Of a stretch of DNA of 64,000 nucleotides, positions 1-10,631 are shown piece after piece. Numbering within the stretch: position 1 is the first letter of the stretch; the number at the start of each line of letters is the position of its first letter. Where the stretch lies: positions 21,367 to 85,366 of the forward strand of contig CAZVIA010000003.1 in NCBI GenBank assembly GCA_964627525.1. The letters are read 5' to 3'. The notes below the pieces were generated by a model. It did no database searches. It was not told where the DNA came from and was given only the letters and a program-made list of their open reading frames with translations. The DNA is from an uncultured Gammaproteobacteria bacterium (GTDB lineage: Bacteria > Patescibacteriota > Patescibacteriia > Magasanikbacterales > JBBTQS01). A program made the translations under genes and the position numbers.

Positions 1-264
1 GTTTTTAATAAGAAAAAAACAAAGCCATTTGAGTTGATGAAGTTTTGGGCTAAGTTTTTTATGGAAGGAAATTGTGATAAGTGCACGCCATGTCGTGAAG
101 GAGTGTTTCAAATTTTTAAGATGATGGAAAAACGGAAAATAGAAAAAAAGAAATTAGCTGAGTTGTTAGAAGTTTTAGAAAAAACAAGTTTTTGTGCTTT
201 GGGTAAGGGGGTTACTTTGCCTTACAGAAGTTTTATTAAAAAAATTTTAAATGAAAAAATTTAA
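1..264 (+). CDS. C-terminal part of NuoF/HydB-like NADH-binding (diaphorase) subunit; 5'-truncated by the window edge
   Basis: CDKCTPCREG...SFCALG [4Fe-4S] motif of NuoF/HydB; overlaps the start of hydA. Confidence 0.85.
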   Translation, partial: VFNKKKTKPFELMKFWAKFFMEGNCDKCTPCREGVFQIFKMMEKRKIEKKKLAELLEVLEKTSFCALGKGVTLPYRSFIKKILNEKI

Positions 265-1966
265 AATCACAATTAATGGTAAAAAAGTTCAGTGCGAGCA
301 AGGGCAAACTGTTTTGCAGGTTGCGCGAAAAAATGGAATAAATATTCCAGCTTTATGTTATCATCCTGATTTAAAAATTAAAGAAAATTGTCGTTTGTGC
401 TTAGTTGAAGTCAAAGGACAAAAAGGTTTGCAAACTGCTTGTTCAGTTAAGTGTGAACCAGGAATGATTGTAAAAACTAATTCTTCTGCAGTAAAATTTG
501 CACGAAAAATTAATTTTGAATTAATTTGGTCGCAACACAGTGTTAAGTGTGGTGATTGCACAAATGCATTTGATTGTAGTTTTAAAAAAATAGGAGCAGA
601 CGTTGGTGTTGATTTTAATAAATTTGAAAAGCGTGATAAAAAAAGTAAGATAATTAGATTTGGACCATCGATTGAATTTGATGTTTCAAAATGTATTGAT
701 TGTAGAAATTGTATTGATGCTTGTGAAAAGCAGGGAATTAATTTTTTTGAGCTTGCAGAAAAAGATAGTTTTCAGCAAGTGACTCCTTCTTGCTCAAAAG
801 ATATTGATTGTATTTATTGTGGTCAGTGTATTGTTCATTGTCCTGTTGGTGCTTTGCAAACAGTGAGCGAAGAAAAAGAAGTTGAGAAAGCCTTAAAAGA
901 TAAAAATAAAATTGTTGTGTTTCAGTTTGCGCCGTCAATTCGTGCAAGTATTGGTGAGGAATTTGGGATGAAGCATGGTTCTGTTGTAACAGATAAATTA
1001 TCTAATGCAATTCGTAAGTTGGGGGCGGATTATGTTTTTGATGTAAGTGTTGGTGCAGATTTTACAACTGTTGAAGAAGCAAAAGAATTAATTGAGCGCA
1101 TAAAAGAAAAAAAGCATTTACCAATGTTTACTTCTTGTTGTCCAGCTTGGGTAAAATATGTTGAGTTTTATAAACCAGAATTAATTCCAAATTTAACAAC
1201 AGTTCGTTCGCCACATATTATTTTGGGTGGTATTGTTAAAAATTATTGGGCAGAAAAAGAAAAAATAAATCCGAAAAAAATTGTTGTGGTTTCAATTATG
1301 CCTTGTACTTCAAAAAAATATGAAGTGCGGCGCAAAGAATTAAAAGTAAAAGGTTTGGCGCCAGTTGATTTGGTTTTAACAACAAAAGAATTGGCTTTGA
1401 TGATGAAAAAACATAGAATTGATTTGTCTAAAGTAAAAGCAAAGTCAGCAGATAATCCTTTGGGTGATCCATCAGGAGCTGGTGTAATTTATGGTGCAAG
1501 TGGGGGAGTGATGGAATCAGCTTTAAGAACTGCTTATGAAGAAATTACTGGTTGTAAGTTATGTAAATTAGATTTTAAAAATGTACGCGGGATTAAGGGT
1601 TTGAAAACAGCAGATGTAAAAGTTGGTAAATTAAAAGTTAAAGTTGCTGTTGCAAATGGTATTACAAATGCACAACAAATTTTAGAGGAACTTAAAAAAG
1701 ATCCTAAAAAATATCACTATGTAGAGGTTATGGCTTGTGAAGGTGGTTGTATAGGTGGGGGTGGCCAGCCAACGCCTGTTGATAATGATATTAGAAATAA
1801 AAGAGTTGCAGCTTTGTATAGTATTGACACAAAGAAAAAAGTTAGGCGTGCACATGAAAATCCAAATGTTAAAAAAACATATAAAGAATATTTTGTTTCA
1901 GAAAAAAAGATTAAACCAATTTGTCACACTAAATTTTTTAAAAAGAAAAAAGAATTTAAACCTTAA
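251..1966 (+). CDS. hydA: [FeFe]-hydrogenase group A catalytic subunit
   Basis: H-cluster motifs FTSCCPAW, MPCTSKKYE and EVMACEGGCIGGGGQP; N-terminal 2Fe-2S domain and 2x[4Fe-4S] CxxCxxCxxxC motifs. Confidence 0.95.
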   Translation: MKKFKITINGKKVQCEQGQTVLQVARKNGINIPALCYHPDLKIKENCRLCLVEVKGQKGLQTACSVKCEPGMIVKTNSSAVKFARKINFELIWSQHSVKCGDCTNAFDCSFKKIGADVGVDFNKFEKRDKKSKIIRFGPSIEFDVSKCIDCRNCIDACEKQGINFFELAEKDSFQQVTPSCSKDIDCIYCGQCIVHCPVGALQTVSEEKEVEKALKDKNKIVVFQFAPSIRASIGEEFGMKHGSVVTDKLSNAIRKLGADYVFDVSVGADFTTVEEAKELIERIKEKKHLPMFTSCCPAWVKYVEFYKPELIPNLTTVRSPHIILGGIVKNYWAEKEKINPKKIVVVSIMPCTSKKYEVRRKELKVKGLAPVDLVLTTKELALMMKKHRIDLSKVKAKSADNPLGDPSGAGVIYGASGGVMESALRTAYEEITGCKLCKLDFKNVRGIKGLKTADVKVGKLKVKVAVANGITNAQQILEELKKDPKKYHYVEVMACEGGCIGGGGQPTPVDNDIRNKRVAALYSIDTKKKVRRAHENPNVKKTYKEYFVSEKKIKPICHTKFFKKKKEFKP

Positions 1967-1986
1967 AATTTTAAATTTATAAATAT

Positions 1987-2499
1987 ATGTCCCAAATAAA
2001 AGCCATTGCACTAAATAAACAAAACACAATTGCTTTGACACAATTTGTTGTATTAATAGGAATTGCAACTGTTGCACCTTTATTTCACAATCAGTGGACA
2101 ACAGGACCAATAGTAAATGCAACTTTGTTTGTGGCAGCAGCTTTGCTAGGAACACATAATGCAATTTTAGTTGGGTTATTTCCAAGTTTGATTGCAATGT
2201 CTGTTGGTTTACTTCCAGCACCTTTGGCGCCAATGATTCCATTTATTATGGTGAGTAATGCAATTTTAATAATCACTTTTTCTTATTTTTGGAAAAAACA
2301 ATTTTGGGGTGGAATGTTATCAGCTAGTATTTTAAAATTCGGATTTTTATTTGCAACAAGTACTTTAGTAACAGGTCTTTTGCTTAAGCCAGAACTTGCT
2401 GGAAAAGTTGCAGTAATAATGAGTTGGCCACAACTAGCAACAGCTTTGCTTGGTGGTGTTATTGCTTTTGGGGTTTTAAAAGTAATGAAGAAAGTTTAA
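1987..2499 (+). CDS. Membrane protein, ECF S-component-like, co-oriented with the hydrogenase
   Basis: About 5 hydrophobic segments; TGPIVNA and SWPQL motifs. Confidence 0.6.
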   Translation: MSQIKAIALNKQNTIALTQFVVLIGIATVAPLFHNQWTTGPIVNATLFVAAALLGTHNAILVGLFPSLIAMSVGLLPAPLAPMIPFIMVSNAILIITFSYFWKKQFWGGMLSASILKFGFLFATSTLVTGLLLKPELAGKVAVIMSWPQLATALLGGVIAFGVLKVMKKV

Positions 2500-2506
2500 T
2501 TAAAAA

Positions 2507-3952
2507 TTATTTTTTTCTTACAATAATATAAACATGTGTAGCAACTGCCTCACTTCCAGGAATCCACATAAAAATTAAATCTAAAAATTTTAGCGGACCA
2601 ATAACCAACATTAAAATGTGTGTAATAAATGGCGCTGCTTTTCGTGAGCCAAAAGACAGAATAACACCAAGCCAATAAGCTAAAAACATCAGTAAAGCAC
2701 TCAAGGGTCCAGAGCGCACGCCTTTTTTTATAATTTCAAGATCACGAAACATGTGCTGTAATCCATTGATAGTGTAGCGATTAAAATCATCTGGAGAAGC
2801 GTGAAAAGGATGAATAAATGGCACACTAATATAAGCATAGCCACCTGGTTTTAAAACCCGAATCATTTCATTGGTCATTGCTTTGGGATTTGGTACATGC
2901 TCAAGAACAGATTCACTCACAAGAGCTTCAATAGAATTATTTTCAAAAGGCAAGTGTTCAGCATCAGCAACAATATCAACTTCATCAAAAGGAAAAACAT
3001 CTAAATTTATAAAATCTTCACCCCAACGATGTGGCCCAGAACCAATGTCTAAAATTTTTGTTTCAGGTTTTAAATACTTGCGAATTTTTTTCGGCCCATT
3101 AACCAACATCAACACAGGACAAAACAAATGCCAAATAAAATAATATAACGCGGGAAATTGTTTGAGAAAAGTTTTTAGCCAATTAATTCCAGTTTTGTGT
3201 TCTTGTGCATTTCTTTTAAAAACTTCCTTGTTAATAAAAACTTTTTTCGGGCGAGGTTTATTTTTTCTTAAATGTAATAAGCGATCACTTAAAATTACAG
3301 CGATTGCTTTAAAACCATCTGAATATTTTATTTTTTTGCCGTCCTCAATATCACGAGGTGAATGTGAAATTGGCGCTTCAACAATTTTATATCCATGACG
3401 TAAAGCTCCTAAAGTAAAATGAATTTCTGATTCAAATTTCCCTGGGCAAAAAAATCGCGCAGATTTTTTTGGAAAAAGTTTATAGCAAGTCCAAACATCT
3501 GTTAGTTTTACACGATACAGTGTGTTGATTAATTTTGTAATAATCCAAACACCAAGTCTAGGAATTATAAAACCTTTTCGTTTTACATGATGCAAATTGC
3601 GTGAACCATAAACACAAGTTTTTTCATCAATAATTTGCTTTACTAAAGAAGGGATTTCAGCAGGGTTGTATTCAAGGTCAGCGTCTTGAATAATAATATA
3701 ATCACCAGTCGCCAAACTCAAACCATCTGTAACTGCACTTCCTTTTCCGCCGTTTTTTTTGCGGTAATGTACAGTAATTTTGTCTTCAAAAGTTTTTAAA
3801 ATTTCACGCGTGCGATCTGTAGAAAAGTCATCAACAACAATAATTTCTTTTTCCCAATTAGGAATAAAAATATTTAAAACTTGCTGAAGAAGTTCAGCAA
3901 CAGTTTTTTCTTCGTTATAACAAGGAATTACTATGGATAATTTACGCATCAT
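2507..3952 (-). CDS. GT2 glycosyltransferase (DPM1-like) fused to a class I SAM-dependent methyltransferase
   Basis: IVIPCYNE/VVDDFSTD/QDADLEY in N-terminal half; ILDIGSG...VLEHV...PFHASPDD in C-terminal half. Confidence 0.85.
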   Translation of the reverse strand: MMRKLSIVIPCYNEEKTVAELLQQVLNIFIPNWEKEIIVVDDFSTDRTREILKTFEDKITVHYRKKNGGKGSAVTDGLSLATGDYIIIQDADLEYNPAEIPSLVKQIIDEKTCVYGSRNLHHVKRKGFIIPRLGVWIITKLINTLYRVKLTDVWTCYKLFPKKSARFFCPGKFESEIHFTLGALRHGYKIVEAPISHSPRDIEDGKKIKYSDGFKAIAVILSDRLLHLRKNKPRPKKVFINKEVFKRNAQEHKTGINWLKTFLKQFPALYYFIWHLFCPVLMLVNGPKKIRKYLKPETKILDIGSGPHRWGEDFINLDVFPFDEVDIVADAEHLPFENNSIEALVSESVLEHVPNPKAMTNEMIRVLKPGGYAYISVPFIHPFHASPDDFNRYTINGLQHMFRDLEIIKKGVRSGPLSALLMFLAYWLGVILSFGSRKAAPFITHILMLVIGPLKFLDLIFMWIPGSEAVATHVYIIVRKK

Positions 3953-5324
3953 AATTTATTTTTTTGCAACGACAAAGTTTTTTATATAAAACAGAAATAC
4001 CGTAAAAAGCAAACATAAATAAAATTGGATTTATTGGCATACGAAAACGACCGTTTACACCCAAGCCATTTACACAAGTTGTTGCCATAAAATATAAAAC
4101 TAACAATAACAATAGCACGACAGGTAATTTAAATCCAAATCTTTTCAAGTACACGGCAGTTCCAAAAATAAAAAATAAAGTAATCAAAATCCAAAGTATT
4201 CTTCCAAACAAAACCAAAGCCATTGGAGATTTCGCCAATCCCCACATCTCATGTAAAAATTCCATTGGATTATTTAATAATAAAACCAAGGCAGGTTTTT
4301 CTAAATAATTAGATGGACGAATGCCAGTATACTGCAAAACCATTAGCATTCCATCATGCGTGAAAAAAGTTATAGCACTTGTGCCAATACTTTGAACCAA
4401 GCCCATAGGGTGCGCCAAAATAACTGGAATTGCATCGCCAATATATTTACTACTATTTCCAAGATTAATATCAGTGGATTTTAAACCTGAAGCATAAAGC
4501 AAATCTCGTTCGTGTCTGTAGTTAGTGTCATTTTCAAAAGACAAAACAGATGGAACTAAATATGTTGCAACATTAAATGCAGGTTGTGCAGTCATTCCCG
4601 GAACTCCGAATTGTTTGTAATTTCTGTAAAACCACGGCATTGCAAATAGTAAGATAATAAAAACAAAAAGCACTGCTGGTCTTAAAGATTTTTTCCAAGA
4701 AAATTTGCGATGTTTGCGTAAAAAATATATTACAACCAACGGAAGAATAAAAGCAATATATTGAGTTGTTGGTTTTATCATTAAAGCTGCCCCAAAAGAA
4801 ATTGAAAGCCAGAACATTATTTTGAGATCAGGTTTTTCAAGAAATTTTAAGAAAAGTAAAATAGATAATAAAAATAATGCAATGAAAAAAGTTTCAGTCA
4901 CAAAAAGAAATGAGAAAAGCATTGAAAGTGGTTCTAAAGCCATGGCCAGCCCCACCCAAAAGGATATTTTTTCAGAAACAAAATAACGTGCAATTAAATA
5001 TGAAAAAACAGGGATTAAACAAGCCACAAGAATTTGTAAAATTGCTGCCAGCCAATATGAACCAGGTGCAGATAATAATCCAGCTAATAATAGGGGATAC
5101 AACGGCGGACGAAGTGGGTTTGGTGTGTAAGGGGGTTCAGTTTCAAAAGCAAAACCATTTCTATTGATTATATTTAGGGCAATTTCAAGATATCCATCAT
5201 CTCCATAGGTTGTTGCCTCAATAGAAAAATCATTGTGACTGAAATTAATTAAAAATAACCCAGCGCGTAACACCAAGGCAATTAAAAATAAAGCAAGTAT
5301 TGTTTTTGAAAAAAACTTTTTCAT
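3942..5324 (-). CDS. ArnT/PMT-like (GT-C) integral membrane glycosyltransferase
   Basis: Multi-TM; DDGY, RPPLYP, PWFYRNY and RFRMP motifs. Confidence 0.75.
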   Translation of the reverse strand: MKKFFSKTILALFLIALVLRAGLFLINFSHNDFSIEATTYGDDGYLEIALNIINRNGFAFETEPPYTPNPLRPPLYPLLLAGLLSAPGSYWLAAILQILVACLIPVFSYLIARYFVSEKISFWVGLAMALEPLSMLFSFLFVTETFFIALFLLSILLFLKFLEKPDLKIMFWLSISFGAALMIKPTTQYIAFILPLVVIYFLRKHRKFSWKKSLRPAVLFVFIILLFAMPWFYRNYKQFGVPGMTAQPAFNVATYLVPSVLSFENDTNYRHERDLLYASGLKSTDINLGNSSKYIGDAIPVILAHPMGLVQSIGTSAITFFTHDGMLMVLQYTGIRPSNYLEKPALVLLLNNPMEFLHEMWGLAKSPMALVLFGRILWILITLFFIFGTAVYLKRFGFKLPVVLLLLLVLYFMATTCVNGLGVNGRFRMPINPILFMFAFYGISVLYKKLCRCKKINYDA

Positions 5325-5446
5325 GTTATCAGGGCTAAAAAGACTAATGTACTAAACTAAGCTAAATTGTACAGTTTTTATGAAATCTGCGCAAGATTTT
5401 TTTTGAAAAAAATGTGTAAAATAAGCTAAATTTAGGCAAAAATCCC

Positions 5447-5475
5447 TTGACAAAAGTGCCTAAATATGATATAAT
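5447..5475 (+). promoter_or_regulatory. Sigma70 promoter of orphan gene 5536
   Basis: TTGACA-17 bp-TATAAT, perfect consensus with extended TG. Confidence 0.75.
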
Positions 5476-5535
5476 ACTATCAATTCGTGTGCTGACTTTG
5501 GCATTGTCAGCCACAACAAAGAAAGGGAGACAGAC

Positions 5536-5946
5536 ATGGAAGGGTTTTTTTACAATCAGTTGGCAGAAGGTTTGTTGCTGGGTATTTTCTCGGGAATCCT
5601 AGTCTTCGTTATCTGCTTCGGCAGAAAGGTGGGGATCGACTGGGCGTATGAGGAGATCAAAGGCAAGCTCGTAGTCGCAGCGTTCACGATGTTCGCGGCG
5701 GGATTCCTCATGATGCAGAGTTACCATGTGGGGCAGATGAACGAGTTCTACTATCTTGCCTACACGCACAACGACGTCTGGACAACTAACGTCCCGATTG
5801 TGGCGCCGTGGGGTTACTTGCTCGGAATGCTGGTGACAACCACTGCAGTGTCGATCGTGGGGGTTAGTTTCTTGAGTCTTGTCGAGTGGTGGTACGCTCG
5901 GCAGGTTCGCATGTCACCGCGCAACGGCAACGGCGGCACGGCGTAG
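5536..5946 (+). CDS. Hypothetical membrane protein, GC-rich orphan
   Basis: Open ORF with AAGGGAG SD, 3 TM segments, visibly higher GC than flanks. Confidence 0.7.
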   Translation: MEGFFYNQLAEGLLLGIFSGILVFVICFGRKVGIDWAYEEIKGKLVVAAFTMFAAGFLMMQSYHVGQMNEFYYLAYTHNDVWTTNVPIVAPWGYLLGMLVTTTAVSIVGVSFLSLVEWWYARQVRMSPRNGNGGTA

Positions 5947-5987
5947 ACTCCGACAGTCGCGCGCCGTCCTCAATAAGCCACAACACC

Positions 5988-6036
5988 GCGCCCCAGTAAG
6001 ATCGTCACAGGTCTTGCATCTGGGGCGTTCTTTTTT
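5988..6036 (+). terminator. Intrinsic terminator
   Basis: GCGCCCCAG...CTGGGGCGT hairpin followed by a T-run. Confidence 0.65.
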
Positions 6037-6307
6037 ATTTAAAATAAATATCTTTTCTGTGTTTAATTATAAGAATTGTCAACAAAATTAATTGACCATT
6101 TGAATTTTTTTTAAAAATTGCACGATAGTTTCCAATTCTAAATCTGTACAAGCCTTTAAAATAACCAACTAAAGGTTTGGTATGTTTGAGTGGGTTTTTA
6201 TCCTCACAAAAAAATTTAATTTTACTAATTATTTTTTGAGCTTCTTGTTTTTCAATTTTTTGTAAATCTTTTATAGCCTTTTGTGTGTACAAAATTTTAT
6301 ATTTCAT
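6035..6307 (-). CDS. Type II toxin, RelE/ParE family
   Basis: YKILYT..A.KDL...YRFRIGNYRAIF signature, 90 aa. Confidence 0.9.
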   Translation of the reverse strand: MKYKILYTQKAIKDLQKIEKQEAQKIISKIKFFCEDKNPLKHTKPLVGYFKGLYRFRIGNYRAIFKKNSNGQLILLTILIIKHRKDIYFK

Positions 6308-6555
6308 ACAACCCCAAGCATATTTTCAACTTCTTTTTGTGTGAGTAAGCGTTTATTTTTTACATCATCAAGAGCTTCATCAACATCCTTAATTAAGTTT
6401 TCAAGAATAGACTCTTTTTTTGAAAGGGGATGTAACTCAAAAATTGGTTGATTTTTTTTCAAAATAATTAGTTTTTGATTTTTGATTTGAGCTTGTGAAG
6501 AAATTTTAGCCATATTTTGACGGAATTCTTTTAAGCCAACAAAGCGGGTAGTCAT
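6304..6555 (-). CDS. Cognate antitoxin, Phd/YefM-like
   Basis: VGLKEFRQN N-terminus; 4-nt overlap directly upstream of the toxin. Confidence 0.75.
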   Translation of the reverse strand: MTTRFVGLKEFRQNMAKISSQAQIKNQKLIILKKNQPIFELHPLSKKESILENLIKDVDEALDDVKNKRLLTQKEVENMLGVV

Positions 6556-6665
6556 ATGATTTTTTATATAAAAACTATGTGTACTTTAAGTGTACACCTC
6601 ACCAAAAGACGTGTCAAACAAATTTTATGCTACAATAAAACTGAAAAAACCCAAGATAAAATAAA

Positions 6666-7790
6666 ATGAATACAAAAAACAAAATTTATTTAGTAGTAGG
6701 TTTGGTTTTTTGCGTAATAATCGTGGGTTTTTGGGGTTTTGACAAAAAAACCCAGCAAACAATGCCAAAAGTTGAGATGCCAAAAATGTCTGAACAAAAG
6801 ATTCCACCAACAAAAGACGTTAATATAGAAACAGATATCCAGGATATATACAATAAATATTCTACGCACTTAGATAAACAATGGACAGGTGATGGCTGGA
6901 AATACAATGTGCCTTCAAGACATTATAAAGAAATAAATAAAAATTCCTCACAAAATCTGCGAATGCAAATGACTTTTGCGAGTTTTTATAAATACAGAGA
7001 AGATGGATCTTCAAAAGCAAAAATCAAAACAGTTTTTGATCAGGTTTTTAAAGAAGTTTTGCCAAATCAAATATTTTTTGTATCAAGAGATGATAAAATT
7101 ATTTCAACAAGATCATTTCACGACGCGATAGGTTTGTTTTTGGCTTTAGAAATTTTTGGACAAAACCAACATTTATTTACTGAATTAGAAAAAGTTCAAA
7201 TAAAAAGACAGGCAGAAAAAATGTTGCCATGGATTTTAAAAGCACCAGACACTGAAAATCGGGCATTATTGGGTGCTGCATATGGAAAAAAGATTTTGGA
7301 AAATCCTGTGATAAGTTTTTCAGAAAAAGAAAAACAAGAATACAGAGACTTGATAAATCAGAAAATTCAAACAGGTTTAAAAAATATAGACAGCAAAAAT
7401 ATTTATCATGAGGGTGGAAAAAATAATTTTAGTTTGCATTATCATGTTGTTTCAGCTGCGATGTTGTTTGTTTTGGGAGAAAATGAAATTGCCAGGAAAA
7501 TGTCTCAATATGTTCATGATAATTATGAGATAGGGAAGTTGAGTTGGGAGGGTTCGCACAGGCCTACGGGAATTGGACTACAGACAGTTTTACTAAGAAC
7601 ATTTTTGGAAAAAAACTTAAACACAATTTATTGGGCAGATTTTTGGGCTAAAGAGAAAAATGCAAGAGGTTTTATTGACCCAAAAAACGCTGACAGATTG
7701 GTTTGGTATGATGATATCGACAAAACCTATAATGATGACTATTCTTTTGCAAATATGGTGGAAATAATTGGGTTTGGTATGAGCTATTGA
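6666..7790 (+). CDS. Hypothetical membrane-anchored/secreted protein
   Basis: N-terminal TM anchor, 374-aa ORF. Confidence 0.7.
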   Translation: MNTKNKIYLVVGLVFCVIIVGFWGFDKKTQQTMPKVEMPKMSEQKIPPTKDVNIETDIQDIYNKYSTHLDKQWTGDGWKYNVPSRHYKEINKNSSQNLRMQMTFASFYKYREDGSSKAKIKTVFDQVFKEVLPNQIFFVSRDDKIISTRSFHDAIGLFLALEIFGQNQHLFTELEKVQIKRQAEKMLPWILKAPDTENRALLGAAYGKKILENPVISFSEKEKQEYRDLINQKIQTGLKNIDSKNIYHEGGKNNFSLHYHVVSAAMLFVLGENEIARKMSQYVHDNYEIGKLSWEGSHRPTGIGLQTVLLRTFLEKNLNTIYWADFWAKEKNARGFIDPKNADRLVWYDDIDKTYNDDYSFANMVEIIGFGMSY

Positions 7791-7815
7791 CAGAATTACC
7801 TAAATCTGCTATACT
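7787..7815 (+). promoter_or_regulatory. Sigma70 promoter of the cold-shock gene, followed by a ~90-nt 5' UTR
   Basis: TTGACA-17-TATACT with TG extension. Confidence 0.6.
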
Positions 7816-7908
7816 ATAACCGGATTTAAGCTAATATTATCACATAGAAATAAGGTCGGATTTCTATTTTTATTAGGAGTCCGTATTAATTAATCATCAA
7901 AAGATACC

Positions 7909-8106
7909 ATGACTGGTTCAATCAAAAAGTTGACTGACAAAAATTTTGGTTTTATTGTTTTGGATGAGGGTGGAGACAATTTGTTTTTCCACGCTAACAA
8001 TCTAGTAGATGTCGATTTTGACTCTCTACAAGAAGGCGATAAAGTTGAATTTGACGTAGTAAGTACGCCAAAAGGTCAAGCAGCTGAAAACGTAAGAAAA
8101 GTTTAA
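7909..8106 (+). CDS. cspA: Cold-shock domain protein
   Basis: RNP1/RNP2-like KNFGFI and LFFH; 65 aa. Confidence 0.9.
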   Translation: MTGSIKKLTDKNFGFIVLDEGGDNLFFHANNLVDVDFDSLQEGDKVEFDVVSTPKGQAAENVRKV

Positions 8107-8131
8107 ATTAATTTAAATTTTTTATAAAAGC

Positions 8132-8159
8132 AAAAAACTCGCTTTCGGGCGGGTTTTTT
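8132..8159. terminator. Bidirectional terminator between csp and typA
   Basis: AAAAACTCGC-TTTCGG-GCGGGTTTTT hairpin with A and T tails. Confidence 0.7.
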
Positions 8160-8204
8160 GTTTGTAGGATATTTGTATTTTGGGCGCAAATCTCAAACCA
8201 ACAA

Positions 8205-9998
8205 TCACGAAGCTTTTTTTCTGTTAGATCTGATGCGATCAACTTCAGTAAGTTGTTGTTTTCTTAAACGAATATTTTTTGGAGTAACTTCTAAGTATTC
8301 GTCTTTTGCCATTAACTCTAGGCCACGTTCCAAAGTAACAGGAAGTGGTGGTGTTAAATTTAGCGCATCATCAGCACCTGAAGAACGCATATTGGTTAGG
8401 TGCTTTCCTTTAATAGGATTAACAGTCATGTCCATTCCCTTAGATGTATTTCCAATAACCATTCCTTCATATACCTCAATATTTGGTCCAATATATAAAG
8501 CACCTCGTTCCTGTAAATTTGCCAATGAATAACCCAAAACTTTTCCAGTCTCACCAGAAATCATTGAGCCAACGTCTCGTTTTTCAATTTCACCAGCATA
8601 AGGTTTAAAACCAATCATTTCACTTGCAAGAATTCCTTCGCCATGAGTATCAATTACAAATTCATTTCTATAACCAAGTAATCCTCGAGTTGGAATTATA
8701 AAGTTTAAACGAGTGTGTGATTGTTCTGGCGCCATGTTTAACATTTTACCTTTACGTTTTGCAAGTTTTTCAATAATTGTTCCCACAAAACTTTCTGGAA
8801 CATCAATAGTCAACTCTTCAAAAGGTTCGTGCTTTGTTCCGTCAATTTCTTTAATAATAGCTTGTGGTTGTGATACTTGAACTTCGTATCCTTCGCGTCT
8901 CATGTTTTCAAGCAAAACAGCAACGTGTAATTCTCCACGTCCAAGAACAGCAAACTTATCTGGTTGAGATAAATCAACTTTAATTCCAACGTTTACTTCT
9001 AATTCTTTTTCAAGGCGAGCACGAATTTGTCGGCTAGTTACATATTTTCCATCTTGTCCTGCAAACGGAGAAGTATTAACCAAAAACTGTAATGAAATAG
9101 TTGGCTCATCAATAGTAATAGCTGGAAGAGATTCTTGTGTTTTGTCTTCACAAATTGTGTCTCCAATATAAATATTTGAAATACCTGCGATCATTGCAAT
9201 GTCTCCAGCAAAAATTGTATCAACTTCTTTGCGTTGCACACCTTCAAAAGTAAATAATTTTGTAATATTGCTTTTTGAAATTTCACCATTAATTTTTTTC
9301 ACCTGCACAGTGTCGCCTAAAGAAATTTTTCCTTGATAAACTCTACCAATTCCCATTCGCCCAAGATAATTATCATATGCTAGATTAAACGGTTGAAATG
9401 CAAATTTATCTTCAGTATTATTTGAAGCTGGCTCAACATGTTTGATTATAGTTTCCAAAAGTGGTGTTAAATTTTTGTGTTTATCATTAAGATTAAGAAC
9501 TGCTGTTCCGACTTTTGCATTTGAATATACTGTCACAAAATCAAGTTGTTCATCATTGGCACCAAGATCCATAAATAATTCTAAAACTCGGTCATGTGCC
9601 CAGTCTGGTCTAGCAGCTGGCTTATCAATTTTATTTAAAACCACAATTGGTTTCAACCCAAGTTCTAAAGATTTTTTCAAAACAAATTTTGTTTGAGGCA
9701 TTGGCCCTTCTTGAGCATCAACAATAAGTAAAACAGAATCAATTGATCGCAAAACACGTTCAACTTCAGATCCAAAATCAGCATGCCCAGGTGTGTCTAC
9801 AATGTTGATTTTTGTATCATTAAAAATCACTGAAGTGTTTTTTGAATAAATCGTAATACCACGCTCTTTTTCAAGATCGTTTGAATCCATGCTAATATTC
9901 TCATCAGTAACCATTCCAGTTTGACGCATCAAAGCATCAGTAAGGCGGGTTTTTCCATGATCAACATGTGCAATAATCGCAATGTTTCGAATTTCCAT
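8205..9998 (-). CDS. typA: Translational GTPase TypA/BipA (start moved to [17 protein letters not shown])
   Basis: G1 [20 protein letters not shown] and the TypA C-terminal domain. Confidence 0.95.
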   Translation of the reverse strand: MEIRNIAIIAHVDHGKTRLTDALMRQTGMVTDENISMDSNDLEKERGITIYSKNTSVIFNDTKINIVDTPGHADFGSEVERVLRSIDSVLLIVDAQEGPMPQTKFVLKKSLELGLKPIVVLNKIDKPAARPDWAHDRVLELFMDLGANDEQLDFVTVYSNAKVGTAVLNLNDKHKNLTPLLETIIKHVEPASNNTEDKFAFQPFNLAYDNYLGRMGIGRVYQGKISLGDTVQVKKINGEISKSNITKLFTFEGVQRKEVDTIFAGDIAMIAGISNIYIGDTICEDKTQESLPAITIDEPTISLQFLVNTSPFAGQDGKYVTSRQIRARLEKELEVNVGIKVDLSQPDKFAVLGRGELHVAVLLENMRREGYEVQVSQPQAIIKEIDGTKHEPFEELTIDVPESFVGTIIEKLAKRKGKMLNMAPEQSHTRLNFIIPTRGLLGYRNEFVIDTHGEGILASEMIGFKPYAGEIEKRDVGSMISGETGKVLGYSLANLQERGALYIGPNIEVYEGMVIGNTSKGMDMTVNPIKGKHLTNMRSSGADDALNLTPPLPVTLERGLELMAKDEYLEVTPKNIRLRKQQLTEVDRIRSNRKKAS

Positions 9999-10133
9999 AT
10001 TTAATAAATTCAAAACGCCCACTAGTAGGGGACGTGACTGAGTGAGTATATAGGATGTAGAGGTATTTGTCAAGCTCGCGTTCCTGGTTGCCAAGCTTGG
10101 TCTGTGTTAGTATGAAGTATATAATTTACTACT

Positions 10134-10631
10134 ATGCGAATTCCTTCTAGAAAACCAGGTAAATATTCTAATCTTTCTCCAGATCCAAATATTACTCAGC
10201 AGAAAAAACTAGAATTAGAAACCAATCTTGCTCAGCTTAAAAAGAAAAAACCTCATGCAGCAAAAGAGGTTCAGCGTTTGGCGGAATTGGGTGATTTTTC
10301 AGAAAATGCTGAATATCAACTTGCCAAAGGACGTTTGCGAGGAATTAACCGTCGTATTCTTGAGATTGAAGATCATCTTAAGCGCGCCATTGTGATTTCA
10401 GTGCAGAAAAATATTAATGAGGTGCAATTAGGTGATACTGTTACAATTAAAATAGATGATCAGAAAAAAACTTATACTATTTTAGGTCCAACAGAAACCA
10501 ATCCTGCAAAAAGTATTATTTCTCATCTTTCGCCAATTGGCAGTGCGCTTATTGGTAAAAAACCCAATGACACTTTTCCAATTACTGTTGCTGGAAAAAC
10601 AAAACAGTGTACAATTATTTCAAAACATTAG
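10134..10631 (+). CDS. greA: GreA/GreB transcription elongation factor
   Basis: GDFSENAEY and SPIGSAL motifs. Confidence 0.9.
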   Translation: MRIPSRKPGKYSNLSPDPNITQQKKLELETNLAQLKKKKPHAAKEVQRLAELGDFSENAEYQLAKGRLRGINRRILEIEDHLKRAIVISVQKNINEVQLGDTVTIKIDDQKKTYTILGPTETNPAKSIISHLSPIGSALIGKKPNDTFPITVAGKTKQCTIISKH

